Below the pieces are notes generated by a model. The model was not told the DNA's origin. It saw nothing but the letters and a program-made list of their open reading frames with translations, and did not search any database. Shown here piece after piece: positions 1 to 13,409 of a stretch of 64,000 nucleotides of DNA. The translations under genes were made by a program, and so were the position numbers. The DNA lies in NCBI GenBank assembly GCA_028534125.1, contig CM052816.1, forward strand, positions 53,694,001 through 53,758,000, in the 5' to 3' direction. The DNA is from Lama glama (lineage: Eukaryota). Positions within the stretch are counted from its first letter, which is position 1; each line of letters opens with the position of its first letter.

Positions 1-213
1 ATATTCCTCTCTCAAACTGATAAAGAAGTAAAAATTGATATTCTCATAATCTAGGCTACTTGACTATCATAAATGTAATGTCAGTGTAAATAAACATCAT
101 GAAGAAATATAAATGTAGCCATATGTGTTTATTAGCTATAGACTGTCTCTCCTTAGGAAGCTTGTAACTGTAGGAAAATGGTTATTAATTAAAAATTATT
201 CTTTAACTTTGCA

Positions 214-720
214 GAATGCCCTCAAGATCTATCCATGTTTTCAAAAATGGCAGAATTTCCTTCTTTTTCATAGCTGAATAATATTCCATTACGGTGCACG
301 CACACACATTCTTCCTTATCTATTCACCCATTGACAGACATTTAGGTTGTTTCCACATCTTGACCATTGTGTATAATGTTGCAGTCAACATGCATGTGTA
401 CATATCTGTTCATTATCCTGATTTCATTTCCTTTGATATATACCCAGAAGTAGAATTGCTGGATCATGTGGTAGCTATGGTAGCTCTATTTTTAATTTTT
501 GAAGACTTTGGTACTGTTTTCCATAGTGGCGGCACCAATTTACATTAGCACCAACATTGTTCAGTATTTCTCTTTTATCTGCATCCTTGCAGCACTTGTA
601 CTTCTTGTCTTTTTGGTGACAGCCATTCTAACAGGCTTGAGGTGATATCTCATTGTGGATTTGATGTGCATTTCCCTCATAATTAGTGATGTTGAGCATG
701 TTTTCTCGTACCTGTTGGCA
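214..720 (-). mobile_element. L1 3' region fragment, antisense
   Basis: Typical antisense L1 3' text (aatattccatt, ttaggttgtttcca, ccatagtggc...accaatttaca, gaggtgatatctcattgtgg). Confidence 0.85.
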
Positions 721-879
721 CCTTAAACGTATATAATATTCCATGTCAGTTATATTTCAGTAGATCTGGAAAAATTATTCTTTAACTATACAAGTGGCAG
801 AAATACATATTTGCAATTTTTCAAATAGTATTGAGGTATAAAAAGTAAAAGTTTCATCTTCCACATAAACTTTATGGTC

Positions 880-2260
880 AAATTGTCAAGTTGTGTTAAG
901 AATTGTTTTGGGATTTTGATGAGGGTAATACGGAATTTATGTATTTCCATCTTCCTTCCCTCCCTCTTTCCCTGTCTTTCAGTAGATTATATTTATAGTT
1001 CATAGTTATTATCATATAGATCTTGAGTATTCCTTGTTAGATTCATTTCTGTGTACTTTTAAATCTTAGTTGCCATTAAGAATGGTGCCCTTCACTATAT
1101 TTTTAAAATTAATTATTACTACTATATAGGAAAACAAAGGACTACTTTCTGTTCTTTCATTTGATCTCCTTAAATGAACTCTCTTCTTAGCTCTCATAGT
1201 TTTTTGTTTCTTTGTTTGGTTTTCTAGATGGATAATTACATTGTCTGGAAATTATGACAGATTTGTATATTTTTCCAAATATTTTAATCTCTTTTTTGCT
1301 TTTCTTACATCTTTGCACGGATAAAGCTCCTCTATGATGTTGTAGGGGTGGTAGAAGATAACACTATCTTGGTTTTGATTTTATTGGAAATATTTGTAAT
1401 GTTTTCCTCTTGATTTTAATATATCCTGTAGAATTCAAGTAGTTATATTTCTCTGTGTCTAAGCGGTGTTGAACTATAGTTTTCTTTTTGTCCTCTGTTG
1501 AGGTTTTTGATTAGGCCTAAGCTAGAGTCATAGCATGAGTTGTTATTTAAGCCATCTTGGCCTGCTCTAAGGTTGCAAAGATTCCCCCGTCCCTGTTTTT
1601 AGCTTATATGTTTAGGTCTATGATCCATTTTATATTAATTTTATGTATAGTGTTAGGTGAAAAGCCAAGGTTTTTGTTTGTTTGTTTGTTTGTCTTGCAC
1701 ATGCATATCTAGTTTTTCCCACACTATTTGTTATTAAAAGGCTGTCCTTTCCCCACCAAATTTCAGTCTCCAGTGAAAATCAGTTTACATGTTTGTGTGT
1801 CCACATCTGAACTTTTCTCTTCTGGTTCACAAATCTTTGTGGCTCTCATTTTATCAATACCTCACTCTTGATTTCTGTAGCCTTAAAATAAAACACTGTA
1901 AGTCTTCAAGTTTTTTTTTTTTTTTAAAGATTGCTTTGTTTATGTTATGGCCTTTGCACTTCCATGTAAATTTTAGAAGCTTGTCAGTTTCTATTTTTAA
2001 AAAGAAGTCTACTGGGATTTAAATTTGAATTGCATTAAATGTATAGATCAATTTTGGGAGAATTCACATTTTAACACCATTTTGTCTCATGATCCATGAT
2101 CATGATTGTATTTGTTTCAGTCATTTTTAATTTCAACAATGTAGTATAGTTTTTAGTGTTAGATTTTAAGTTCTATTATTTTGTCAGTAGTTTGTCTAAA
2201 TATTTTGTGTCTCTGAATGATACTAAATACTGTATTTCAATTTTAAACTAGCAATTATTT
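880..2260 (-). mobile_element. Old L1M ORF2 fragments, antisense
   Basis: T-rich degenerate L1 motifs (tttaggtctatgatccatttt, gaattgcattaaatgtatagatcaattttgggagaatt). Boundaries approximate. Confidence 0.65.
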
Positions 2261-4229
2261 GCTAATTTCTCCTTTTCTTAAATAACTAGTAGTTACTTTT
2301 CTTGAAATTTTTTCCAGTCAGGTATTGTAACAGCCATTTGTTCACCTTTACTTTTGTCCCGTTTTTAGTTTGATTTCTAGTTAGCACCATATTTCTATGT
2401 GGAAGCTTTAAAAATCATTTTAAAATGTTATGCACATGTGTGCATCATTGCAGTACATCTGTTGGGTCAAGTAGTTTGACGGAGATCAGTTAGCAGAGTT
2501 ATGTATTGGCTTCATAATTTCTTGGATTTTTTAAATGTAGTTTTCAATGTTTACATTTCTCTTTATGAATTGGGTTTCACGAGCCCTGAATATGGGGTTT
2601 TATCACCTCATGTGATTACTGAATAGTTTTAAGACCTTAGTTTCAGAATTAAAAACCTTTAAACATTCCTAAATTTTAGTCTGCCAGAATTTTAAGCATT
2701 TTTTATTTGTTTTACCACATTACTTTCTAATATATATCAAAATGTTGGCAGTGCACATCTGACTATCTTTCACAGTCAGTAGTCCTGTGATTCAGCAGAG
2801 AATCTCGTCAGCAATATCTACCAGCGAGAAACCACAATGATAGTCTCAGTTCATTTTATTATCTTTCTTTGGTAATGTCTGAGACTTATTTAGAATCATG
2901 GGGAAATGTTTTCAATGATTCATATGTTGAATAAAATCTCATGTATGCCAAAGCATGCTTAGGAAAAAAAAGCTACCTACTTCAAAATCTTGTGGTCATT
3001 TATTACGCAGCAGGACTCAAGCTGAAACACAATATGTTATTTTTCTTGTTATTTTTGAAAAATATATGTCTAATGTTTGAAGCACATGTTCATATTTTAT
3101 CTTGGCTTGATGAAATATGAACTAAGAGAATATGAAATGTATTGCTTCATATAGTGAACTTGTAATAAGTTTTTTAGCTAAAATACTGATGAGTTGACTA
3201 TTCAGAGTCCTTAAAGGAATGGAATATTTTGGTGTGTTGAAATCTTTGGTGTATTTTCTGTTAGTAAATGTTGACCATTAAAGGCCTTTCTCAGATTAAT
3301 TTGCTTGTTTTTGTAGTACGGGGATAATGACCAAATCTGAACCTTTCTTTGATAGATAAGATTCTTTAAATTCTTAATTAAATGTATTGACATATATTAT
3401 TTCATAGCCATAAATGTTGCAAGGTATTTGGTTGGATATTACTGACCCTAAGAAAATTAAAAGTAATTTCAAAGTTTCAGATATTTTTTGTTTAACATTT
3501 ATAAAATATTAAACCAAATTCAAATGATACAGCACTGTTGTAGGAAAAAATTGAGAAAGTACATATAAGAATAAAATAATAACATGCATTATTCTTACTG
3601 TCTTGAGTTATGATCATAATAAATATTTTGGTCTAAATTTTTCTAGACTGATTGCTTATCCATTGTTTTCATTCTCCCTTACAGAAGTGCTTCAGTTCTG
3701 TGTGTAATTTAAAGTATTAAACTTGTGGCTGATGTTGGCATCTTTTTTTGCTCTTAGGTTGGTAGTTGTTTAAAGGGACAAGATTTTTCTGCCATGCTGA
3801 TATACATCAGGACCAGTTCCTAGTTAGCAGGCCTATATTTTTACTAGTGATATAATGCCTGTAAAACCTTAATGGGCCTTCTGTCAGTTTTGCTTCAGTG
3901 TACTTTCTAGAATATAAATCAAGGTTCACTTCATTTTCTGTTTCTCTGTGTATTCTTGGCTGGTGATTCTTAAGAGTTGCACTTGGGTCTGAAAATTACT
4001 GCTCGTTTATAAATTAACTAGTAATTGTTTATAAGTTAAAAATTCTGAATTCTCTCCCCATCATTATTGTTTAAAAAAAATGCAACTAGTTAAAATTGTT
4101 AAGAAATTAAGCCCAATTTCACCTCTTTTTCTTGCTGAGTTTAAAAAAATTAGTGCATTTTAACATTAATTGTGTTTTTAGATCTGAATTTTTTAATCTA
4201 GATTATTATTCAATATTTTAAAAATAAAC

Positions 4230-5420
4230 AGTGTATGAAAATCATTATTGTCATATACCTTGTTAACAGAATGAAGGGGGAAAATCAAAATTATTTTAAT
4301 TGATACAGAAAAAGAAGTTGACAGAGTTCAACACCCTTTCATGATAAAACACTCAACAAACTAGGAATAAAAGGAAACGACCTCAACATTTTAAAGGCCA
4401 AAAATGAAAAATTCACAGCTAGTGATGATGAAAGACTGAAAGCTTTTCCTCTAAGATCAGGAATAAAACAAGGATGCCCACTTTGACCACTTCTGTTCAA
4501 CATACTGTTGGAAGTTTAAGCCACAGCAGTTAGGCAAGAAAAAGAAATAGAAGGCATCCAAATTGGAAAGTAAGAAGTAAAACTGTCCTTCTTAACAGAC
4601 AGCATGGTTTTATATTTAGAAAACCTTAAAGATTCCACAAAAATCTTTTAGAACTAACTAACAAATTTAGCAAAGTTGCAGGATACAAAATTAACACATA
4701 AAAGAGGGACGGGCATAGCTCAAGTGGTAGAGTGCTTAGCTTGCATGAGGTCCTGGGTTCAATCCCCAGTACTTCCTCTAAAAATAAATAAATGAATAAA
4801 CCTAATTACCTCTGCCCCAGGCTCCCCCTCACCAAAAGAACTCTTTCCAAATTAACACATAAAAATTAATTGTGTTTCTATACAGTAACAATCATCAATA
4901 CCAAAAGGAAATTACAAAAACAATCCTATTTATGATAGTGTCAAAAAATATAAAATAGAAATAGACTTACCCAAGGATGCAAAAGACTTGTGCTTTGAAA
5001 ACTGTAAATGTTGCTGAAATAAATTAAAGAGGACAAAGATAAATGGAAAGACATCCTGTGTTCATTGATTGGAGGACTTAATATTAATCTGTCAATATTC
5101 CCAAAGTGATCTATATCCAGTGTAGTTTCTATCAAAATCCCAGTGATGTTTTTTGCAAAAATAGAAAAACCTGTCTTAAAATCCATATGGAATCTTACTG
5201 GACTCTGAATGGCCAAAACAATCCTGAAAAAAGAAGAAAAAAGTTAGAAGTCTTACACTTTCTGATTTCAAAACTTCCTACAAAGCTACAATAATCAAAA
5301 CAGTGTGGTACCAGCATAAAGACAGACATATATACATGATAGAAAGCCTTAAAAGAAGACTCTCATATATATGGCCATATGATTTTCAACAAGGATGCAA
5401 GACCATTCACTGGGGGAAGA
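4230..5420 (+). mobile_element. L1 ORF2 (reverse transcriptase region) fragment, sense, interrupted by a SINE
   Basis: ttcaacaccctttcatgataaaaacactcaacaaactagg, ctaagatcaggaataaaacaaggatgccca and aaatggaaagacatcctgtgttcattgattgg correspond to L1 ORF2 (GxxQGCP, KWKDIxCSxIG). Confidence 0.9.
4704..4848 (+). mobile_element. tRNA-derived SINE (camelid vic-1-like)
   Basis: A box tagctcaagtgg, B box gggttcaatccc, then aaataaat/aacctaattacc tail. 16-bp TSD aaattaacacataaaa at 4688-4703 and 4849-4864. Confidence 0.88.
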
Positions 5421-5699
5421 ATTTCACAGATAAGGGAATACAATATGAAAAGACTAGCTTGTAGTAGAGTGTTTGAGAGCTGGCATGTAGGAAGATCTTC
5501 TGAGAAATTGTTAACTGGGATTATTATTGCTTAAAATGTCACATAGTATTTATAAAACATTTGTTGTAAATTCATAAAATGAATGCCTTTTATCTTTTTT
5601 AGGTAGTTTCTTAGATATGATGTGTAATTCATAAAGAACCCCTTTTCCAAAAAATTATCCTGTAGTTAAAATTTTATTTTGTGGCTACCAAAGTCTGGA

Positions 5700-6750
5700 G
5701 TATTAAGAGACATAAAGATATATTCTGAGAATGAAGGAAATAAGAACACAGGTAGACATAAAACTGAAATAAATAGAAATGAAAGATAGTGTGTAGGAAA
5801 TTCTAAATGAAAAGTGTGGATTAAAAAATTCTAGGGGAAATTAGGATTGGACATCATAGTGGACGGGGTGTTAGGAATTGGCTCTAACAAGGGAGAGTAA
5901 TTAGAATTTGATGATACTCTACATAGAAGGGTAGAACTTAGAAAAGTAAATAGAACTGAGGGGCAGGATGTAAGTACGAGCATAGAGAAGCAAAAGAATG
6001 TTCAGGTAGTGAGTAGATCAGCTTACTTTGATAATAGCATTGGTGTAGAACAATAATGGTTGATTAACTCAAAGGGACGTAAGTGCATTTAGGTCATTTG
6101 AATATTAAATGAAATAGTTGGAGTCTAGGTAGTCAGGGGCTTTTGAAATCTTTGAGGGGGGCTGACATGTAAAGTAGTGGTTTAAACATATTAAACTGTT
6201 GGTGATGTACATTAGAGGGACAGGAGGAAGAGATTGTTGGAAAAGTCCTCTGTGAGGTGATGCTGATTATACTAGGATAATAGGAGGAGAAGGGATTAAC
6301 ATGAGTGTGCTGAGAATTCATAGCAGGGCCTGGTTACTGGGTAGATGTGAGAAGAGAGCAAGATAATTCCATGGTTTTTGGTATCTGGAAAAATGGATGG
6401 AAATAAGAAATTCTAGCACGAATTCCCATTTTATCATGAAAAATGAGTTTGGTTTTAGATATAGCAAGTTTTGGATGAGAGAGAGATCTAAATAATGTTC
6501 ACTTAGAGAAGTGGAACTAGGGCTTAAAGTTAGGGCTCAAGTTTGGGAAATTGATCCCTATAGAGGTAGGAGTTAAGACATGAAGGTGAATGAAATCTTA
6601 GGAGTTTCAGAGGTTGTAGAACAGTGTAGCCTGAACAGATGGTCATCCATGGAACTTTAGCAGGGAGAGGAGGTGGATCTGGTGAAGGGATCTTTAAAAG
6701 TAATCGTCAGAGAAGTAGGGGGATCAATGAAAAGAAAGCCAAGGGAGAAA
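5700..6750 (-). mobile_element. L2 fragments, degenerate
   Basis: Purine-rich stretch with L2-like phrases (aaatgagtttggttttagatatagcaagttttggatg). Boundaries approximate. Confidence 0.55.
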
Positions 6751-7165
6751 GAATGACTGTAGTTTGTTTAAAATAAAATTTATTCCCCATCGCCACACGC
6801 TTTACAAATGCATTACATCTTTAATGTAAGAACTTGGAAAATAAAGAACAGTACAACTATTTAAAAAGTATTTGCAATCCCATTAACCAGAGAAAACTTT
6901 CATAAATATTGTATGTCTTGAATTAGTACGTGCTTCTTCCTTAGTGTCTGTGTATTTGTGTATTTATGTTGGTAAATGAGATTGTTTGTTCTTTGCTGCA
7001 GATAGTTGGGATAGGTAAGATGACTCAAAAAGATTTAAGCTTGTTAATTCTGTAGTTTGTTTCTATAGCTTATCTTCTAAATACTAATTTATGTACAATT
7101 TATTTTGTTTTCAAATGGCTAATTAAATGAAAATTCAGCTTTAATATTCTACTTTTATTCTTCAG

Positions 7166-7240
7166 ATGATTGCAAAAGGGAAAAATGCATCTGAACTGTT
7201 CCCTGCTGTTGTGAAGAATGTGGCCAGTAAAAATATTGAG
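7166..7240 (+). CDS. AP3B1: AP3B1 internal coding exon (human exon 3 equivalent), 75 nt, phase 0/0
   Basis: Acceptor ttcttcag|ATG and donor GAG|gtactg. Translates to [25 protein letters not shown], recognised as the AP-3 beta adaptin N-terminal trunk. Confidence 0.97.
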
Positions 7241-8579
7241 GTACTGTTTTGATTGATACTTTTCATGATTCCTTTTGTTGTGAAAGAATCATATACTTTT
7301 CAGTTACTTTGGCATACAACATAAGATACTTCAGTGTCACTAGATTTTTGATACAATTAAAATGTCCGTAATCTTAAATAGGTGAAATAGAATACAAAGT
7401 GGATGTAATCTTAGCTTTGGAATTTTTATGGAGAATGTGAAGAGTAAAATTGAGGTTAATTCACCTGGGTGAAGGATGATAACCTGTTGAGTATTTTTAG
7501 ATGCCAGTTAAAATTCTGCTCCAGGGACTTAATTTTAAGATAGCATATATCCAGTGAAACAGACCTAAATTCCTATAGTATTAGGGCAGGGATTGAACCC
7601 AAGTGTTATGACTCCAGATTTAGTGCTCTTTCTGGAGCATTGTAGTTCTCATATACCTTGCCTCAGTGTAGCAGGAGGAAAGCAGAAGGCAGGATATAGT
7701 GGGAGCTGTGAATTCCTTGTCCCTGGATAGGCCTGGACGTGGAGATTTAAACAGTGGTATTCAAAGAACTTTGAGGCCAAGGTAATAATGTTAGATCAGA
7801 TGGACTAATGACTTCTGACAGAGTGCAAAAGAAAAATATGAGCCAGTATAGAAACCATTGAGTAAGATGAGCAGGATGAAGAGTTCAGTGAAGAGAATTA
7901 GAGATGGATCTGAGCAAATGGTTTGTATTTCAAAAGAACAGGAGGTTGTAATGAGGAAGGTTGAATGGTCTCATCTTCATGAGTCTCAGCTTCATTTCAT
8001 GTTGGGTAGTGACTGGAGGATATGTTGAGAGTGCTTATTGTAAGGAAGGTGTGTTTACTCAGTAAGAAGTAGTGAAATCTGTGTGAGAATGATAATGCCA
8101 ATACACATGCTTCATATTTGTCCATGCTAGCATCTGTAAGCGTCAGGAAACAGGCCTAGTCCTCTATATGAGTCTGGTAAGTTTGGGAGAAGCAGCAGTC
8201 TTCACTGAAGAATATTTTTAAGGACCTAGTGACATAAGGGCTGGATGTTTTAGGTGGAGGAGAATGGAGTATAAGAAGCAGAAATTAAGGGCATAGGGAA
8301 GTTTTTTCAGTTATAATGCAGTATTATTAATATTATTCTTAAAGCTATGTCACTTGTTTCTTTATTTGGTAGAAGCTTACTCCAACAGGTACAGTGTATG
8401 TATTTAACTTACTACAGTCTACCACTAGGATTTACAGTATACATTTTAAAGTTATCACAGTCTGCTTTAAGCAACATTCTACCACTTCACATATACTTTG
8501 AAAATCTTACCTCAGTAAATTTCTGTTTGCCCCTTCCCTAAATATGTAGTTATCATTTTTACTTTAAAGAGCCAATCAT

Positions 8580-9760
8580 CTTTTAAAAAGATTATGAAAC
8601 CATAATTGACATGTCATAAACTTCTCACTTTTAAAGTGTACAGTTCAGTGATTTGCAGTGTATTCACAGAATTGTGCCACCATCTAATTGCACAACATTT
8701 TGATCACCTCAGCAAGGAACCTGATGTTCATTAGCAGTTACCCCTAGCCCTAGGCAACCAATAGCCTGCTGCCTGTCTCTATGAACTTGCCTATTTTGGG
8801 CATTTCATACAAATTGAGTTATACAGCATGTGGCTTTTTTGTCTGACTTCTTTCACTTAGCATAATGTTTTCAGGGTTCATCGATGTTGTAGTATGTATC
8901 AGTACTTCATTCCTCCTTTCTGCTGAATAATACTCCATTTTATGGATATATGCATTTTGTTTATTCATTCATCAGTTGATGGACATTTGTTTTTTTTTCA
9001 ACTTTTTGGCTCTTGTGAAAAATGCTGCTGTAAACATTCTGTACAAGTTTTTGTATGCACATATGTGTTCATTTCTTTCAGATATACATCTTGGAGTGAT
9101 ACTGCTAGGTCATAAAATAACTAACATTTAACACGAGGAACTGCTGAACTGTTTTCTACAGCAGCTGTACCATTTTATAGTTCCATTAGCAATGTTTGCA
9201 CGTTCTGATTTCTCCACATCTTCACCAACACTTGGCATTTTCCCTTTTTTTAAAAAGCAAAATTGTTGTCTATATTTTAGATTATACATCCTAATGAATG
9301 TGAAGTGGTATCTCATTGAAATTTTGATTTGCATTTCCTTAATATAAAATCATTGAGCATCTATTGGCTAGTTGTGTATCTTCTTTGAAAAAATGTCTGT
9401 TCAAGATCCTTTTTCCATTTTACAATGGGTTGTCTTTTTACTGTGTATTTGTAAGAGTTTTTTTTATGTTCTGAATACTAAACCCTTGTCTGATGTATGA
9501 TTTGCAAATATTTTTCTCCTTTTTGTGGGTTATCTTTTTATTTTTTTGATAGTGCCCTTTGAAGCACAGAAATTTTTAATTTTGATGACAACTGTTTTTC
9601 TTTGTTTGCTTGTGCTTTAGTTGTCATATCTGAGAAACTGATGCTTTCTTCAAGGTCACGAAGATGTACACTTGTCTTTTTTTCCCAGGAGTTTTCTAGT
9701 TTTAGCATTTATATGTAGGAATATGATCCATTTTGAGTTAATTTTCGTGGATGGTGTCTT
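8580..9760 (-). mobile_element. L1M (L1MB-like) 3' end, antisense
   Basis: aagtgtacagttcagtg, ccctaggcaacca...ctgtctctatg, tttcacttagcataatgttttcagggttcatc, gtgaagtggtatctcattg. Confidence 0.85.
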
Positions 9761-10330
9761 TATCCAACTACTGCTCTGCTGTCAGTATAGGTTTGTCATT
9801 TTTAGAATTTTTTTATAAATCAAATCATACAGTATGCAATCTGTTGTGTTTAACTTCTTTTACTTAGGCAACTGAGATTCATCTCTGCTGTTTTATGTAT
9901 TCATGTTTTGTTTCTTTTTTTGCCATAATATGGGTATTTCACAGTTCGTTGATTTACCAGTTGAAATATACTTGGATTGAATAAAATGCTATATATGGGC
10001 ATATATTTTAATTTTTCTTGGGTAAATACCTAGGAATAGATGTGTTGCATTGTCTAGGAAGAATATGCTTCATTTTTAGAAAATAGTGCCATGTAGTCTT
10101 CCCAAGTGGCTGTGCCATTTGCCTTCCCATCAGCTGTGTGTGGAGTTCCAGTTGTTCACATCCCTTTCAATGCTTGATCTTGTTAGAGTCTAACTTTAGC
10201 CATTTTGGTGGATGTGTCATAGAATTTCATTGTGCCTGTAATTGCATTTTCCTAATATTTAGTGATGTTGAGTGTCTTTCCATGATCTTTTTTTATCAGT
10301 CATATATCCTTTCTCTAAAATATCTGTTCA

Positions 10331-10784
10331 GCTACTCAGCCATTAAAAAGAATGAAGTAATGTCATTTGCAGCAACATGGATGGACCTAGAGATAATCAT
10401 ATTAAGTAAAGCAAGTTGATCAGAGAAAAACAAGCATTATATTATATCACTTATATGTGGAATCTAAAAAATTGACACAAACGAGCTTATTTATGAAATA
10501 GGAAGAGATTCATAGACATAGAAAATGAATTTATAGTTACCAGGGGGAAAGGAAGGAGGGGGGGTAAATTAGGAGTTTGGGATTGGCTGATACAAACTAC
10601 TATGTACAGAATAGATAGATAAACAACAAGGTCCTACTCTCTACCACAGGGAACTATATCCAGTGGCTTGTAGTAACCTGTAATGAAAAAGAACATGTAC
10701 ATACATATGTATAACTGAATCTCTATGCTGTACACCAGAAACTAATGCAACATTGTAAATCAAAAAATCAAAAAATATAAAGAA
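10331..10784 (+). mobile_element. 5'-truncated L1 3' end (artiodactyl-type), sense, with TSD
   Basis: gccattaaaaagaatgaagtaatgtcatttgcagcaacatggatggacctagag ... gtacaccagaaactaatgcaacattgtaaatcaa plus A-rich tail. 14-bp TSD aaaatatctgttca at 10317-10330 and 10785-10798. Confidence 0.9.
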
Positions 10785-11114
10785 AAAATATCTGTTCAAA
10801 TCTTTAGCCTACTTTTAATTTTTTGTCTTATTATTCAAGCATAAAAATTCTTTATATATTCTTTTGTCAGATCAATAGTTATTTACTATTACTTATTTCC
10901 TCCTAGTCTGTGGCTTGTCTTTTTGGTTTCTTAATGTCTTTCAAAGAAATAAGATTTTGATAAAGTCTGTTTTATCCATTTTTTTCAGTTATACTTGAGA
11001 CTCTTTTTGTGATCTGCTTAAGAAGTCTTTGCCTAACCTGGTATTACGAAGATTTCTCCTGATCTGTTCTAAGCGTTTAATAGTTTTAGGTATTAAATTT
11101 TGATATGTGATTCA

Positions 11115-11657
11115 TGTCATGGGAGATTCCCAGGACTACCCGCAGGTTTGATGATTCCATGGACTGATTCACTGGACTCAGGTTATTGTCATATTCATAG
11201 CTGTGATTTATCACACTGAAAGATGCACACCAGAAATCAGGTACTGAAAGATGTGCGTGAGGTAGAGTCCAGAGAAAACCAGGTGCAAGCTTCCAAGAAG
11301 CTTTCCCAGTGATTTTCCCCTGAATTGGATTCCTCCAGCATTACCTGTGACAAAACTTGTGAAGTGTTGTCTAGTAAAAGAGCTCACTAGAGACTCAGGG
11401 CCCAAGTCTTTTATTTGGGACTATTCATGTAGCCATTAACTTCCTAGCACATTCCAGAATTCTGGACTCTCAGAAAGTACGCAGCTGTTCAGCATGATCC
11501 ATATTGTTTGTATGTAAATCACCCTTATCACTCAGGGAATGGTGGCAGTACCTCTGATGTTCAAGTTCCCAGACAACCTGTCCTGGCCAGCTTTGTATGT
11601 AGGCTTTCTAAGGATAGCAGTCTCTGGCCTACTGTGGTAACTCTACTATAGAAAACA
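11115..11657 (-). mobile_element. Solo LTR, MER21-like
   Basis: Resembles reverse MER21 consensus as recalled (caggtttgatgattc...ggactcag, aaaccaggtgcaagcttccaag, ttctaaggatagcagtctc). TG...CA ends with near-TSD attca/tttca. Confidence 0.75.
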
Positions 11658-11669
11658 TTTCAAATTAGA

Positions 11670-13150
11670 TTTTTCTAAATTGACATACAGTTGAGTTACA
11701 GTATAAAATTAGTTTCAGGTGTACAACATAGTGATTTGCTATTTTTATATGTTACATAATGATCTCGATAAGTCTAATTACCATCTGTCACCATACAAAG
11801 TTATTACAATATTATTGACTATATTCCCTATGCTGTACATTACATTTCCATGACTTATTTATTTTATAACTGGAATTTTGTACCTCTTAATCTCCTATTT
11901 CATTCATGCGCCTACCCCTTCCCCCTTGGCAACCACCAGTTATATAAGGGAAATCACGTGGTACTCATCTTTCTTTGTCTGATTTATTTAGCATCCCTCT
12001 AGATCCGAACATGCTGTTGCAGATGTCAGGATTTCAGTATTTTTTTTAATAGCTGAGCAGTGTTCCCTTGTGTACATACCACCACATCTTCTTTATTCAT
12101 CTATCAGTGGACATTTAGGTTGCTTCCATATCTTGGCTATTGTAAATAATGCTACAGTGAGTATAAGGGTGCATGTATCTTTTTGAATTAGTGTTTTTGT
12201 TTCTTTGGATATTTACCCAGGAGTGAAATTGCTGTATTATATGTATGGTAGTTCTATTTAAAATTTCTTAAGAAACCTTCATTCTGTTTTCCATAGTGGC
12301 TGTACCAATTTACAATCCCAGCAACAGAGCACAAGGACTCTCTTTTTTCACATCCTCACCAACAGTTGTCACTTGTCTTTTTGATAATAGCCATTCTGCT
12401 AGATATGAGGTGACATGGTTTTGATATGCATTTCCCTGATGACTAGTGATGTTGAGCATCTTTTCATGTGTTTGTTGGCCATCTGTGGTCTTTGGAAAAA
12501 CATCTATTTAGGTCCTCTACCCATTTTTTATCCAGGTTTATATATTTTTGATGTTTTGATGTTGTATGAGTTCTTTATATATTTTGTATATTAACTATCA
12601 GATAAAAATCAGATCTTCTCCCATCCAGTAGGTGGCCTTTTCATATTGTTGGTAGTTTCCTTTGCTGGTGCAAAAGGTTTTTAGTTTGATGTAGTCCCAT
12701 TTGTTTATTTTTGCTCATTTCCCTTACCTGAGGAGACATATCCAAAAAATATTGCTAAGACCCATTTCAAAGAGCAGTACCTATGTTTTCTTCTAGTTTT
12801 ATGGTTTCAGGTCTTACAGTTGAATCCATTTTGAGTTTATTTTTGTATATGGTGTGGGAAAGTAGTTCAGTTTAATTCTTCTACGTGTAGCTGTCCGGCT
12901 TCTGAACACTATTAAAGAGGCTACCTTTCCCCCATCATTTATTCTTGCCTCCTTTGTTGTAAAGTAATTGATCACATTGAGTATGGATTTATTTCTGGGC
13001 TTTCTGATGTGTTCCATTGATCTAGGTGTCTGTTTTTGTGCCAGTACCATACAGTTTTTTTGAAGACTGTGGCTTTGTAGCATAGTTTGAAGTCAGATAC
13101 TGTGATACTTTGAGTTCCATTCTTTCTCAAGATTGTTTTGGCTGTTTGGG
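11670..13150 (-). mobile_element. L1 3' end plus ORF2 C-terminal part, antisense
   Basis: ttagtttcaggtgtacaacatagtgat, ccatacaaagttattacaatattattgactatattcccta, ttgatgtagtcccatttgtttattttt. Confidence 0.88.
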
Positions 13151-13284
13151 TCAGTTAGATCTTGTGTATGGTGTGAGGTAAGATTTGAGATTCATTTTTT
13201 TCCCCCAGATATTCAGTTGTTCTGTTACCATTTATTAAGAAGACTGTCTTTTTCCAATTGGACTACTGTGTCACTTCTGTGAAA

Positions 13285-13371
13285 ATTTTTTCTTCTTTTT
13301 TTTAAAATTGAAGTTTAGTTGATTTACAATGTTGTGTTAGTTCCTGGTGTACAGCATAGTGATTCAGTCAT

Positions 13372-13409
<38 letters not shown>

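Noticed and set aside
4704..4775. tRNA genes at the four A/B-box sites
   Set aside because: They carry SINE tails and TSDs and are diverged from one another, so they are SINE heads rather than tRNAs.
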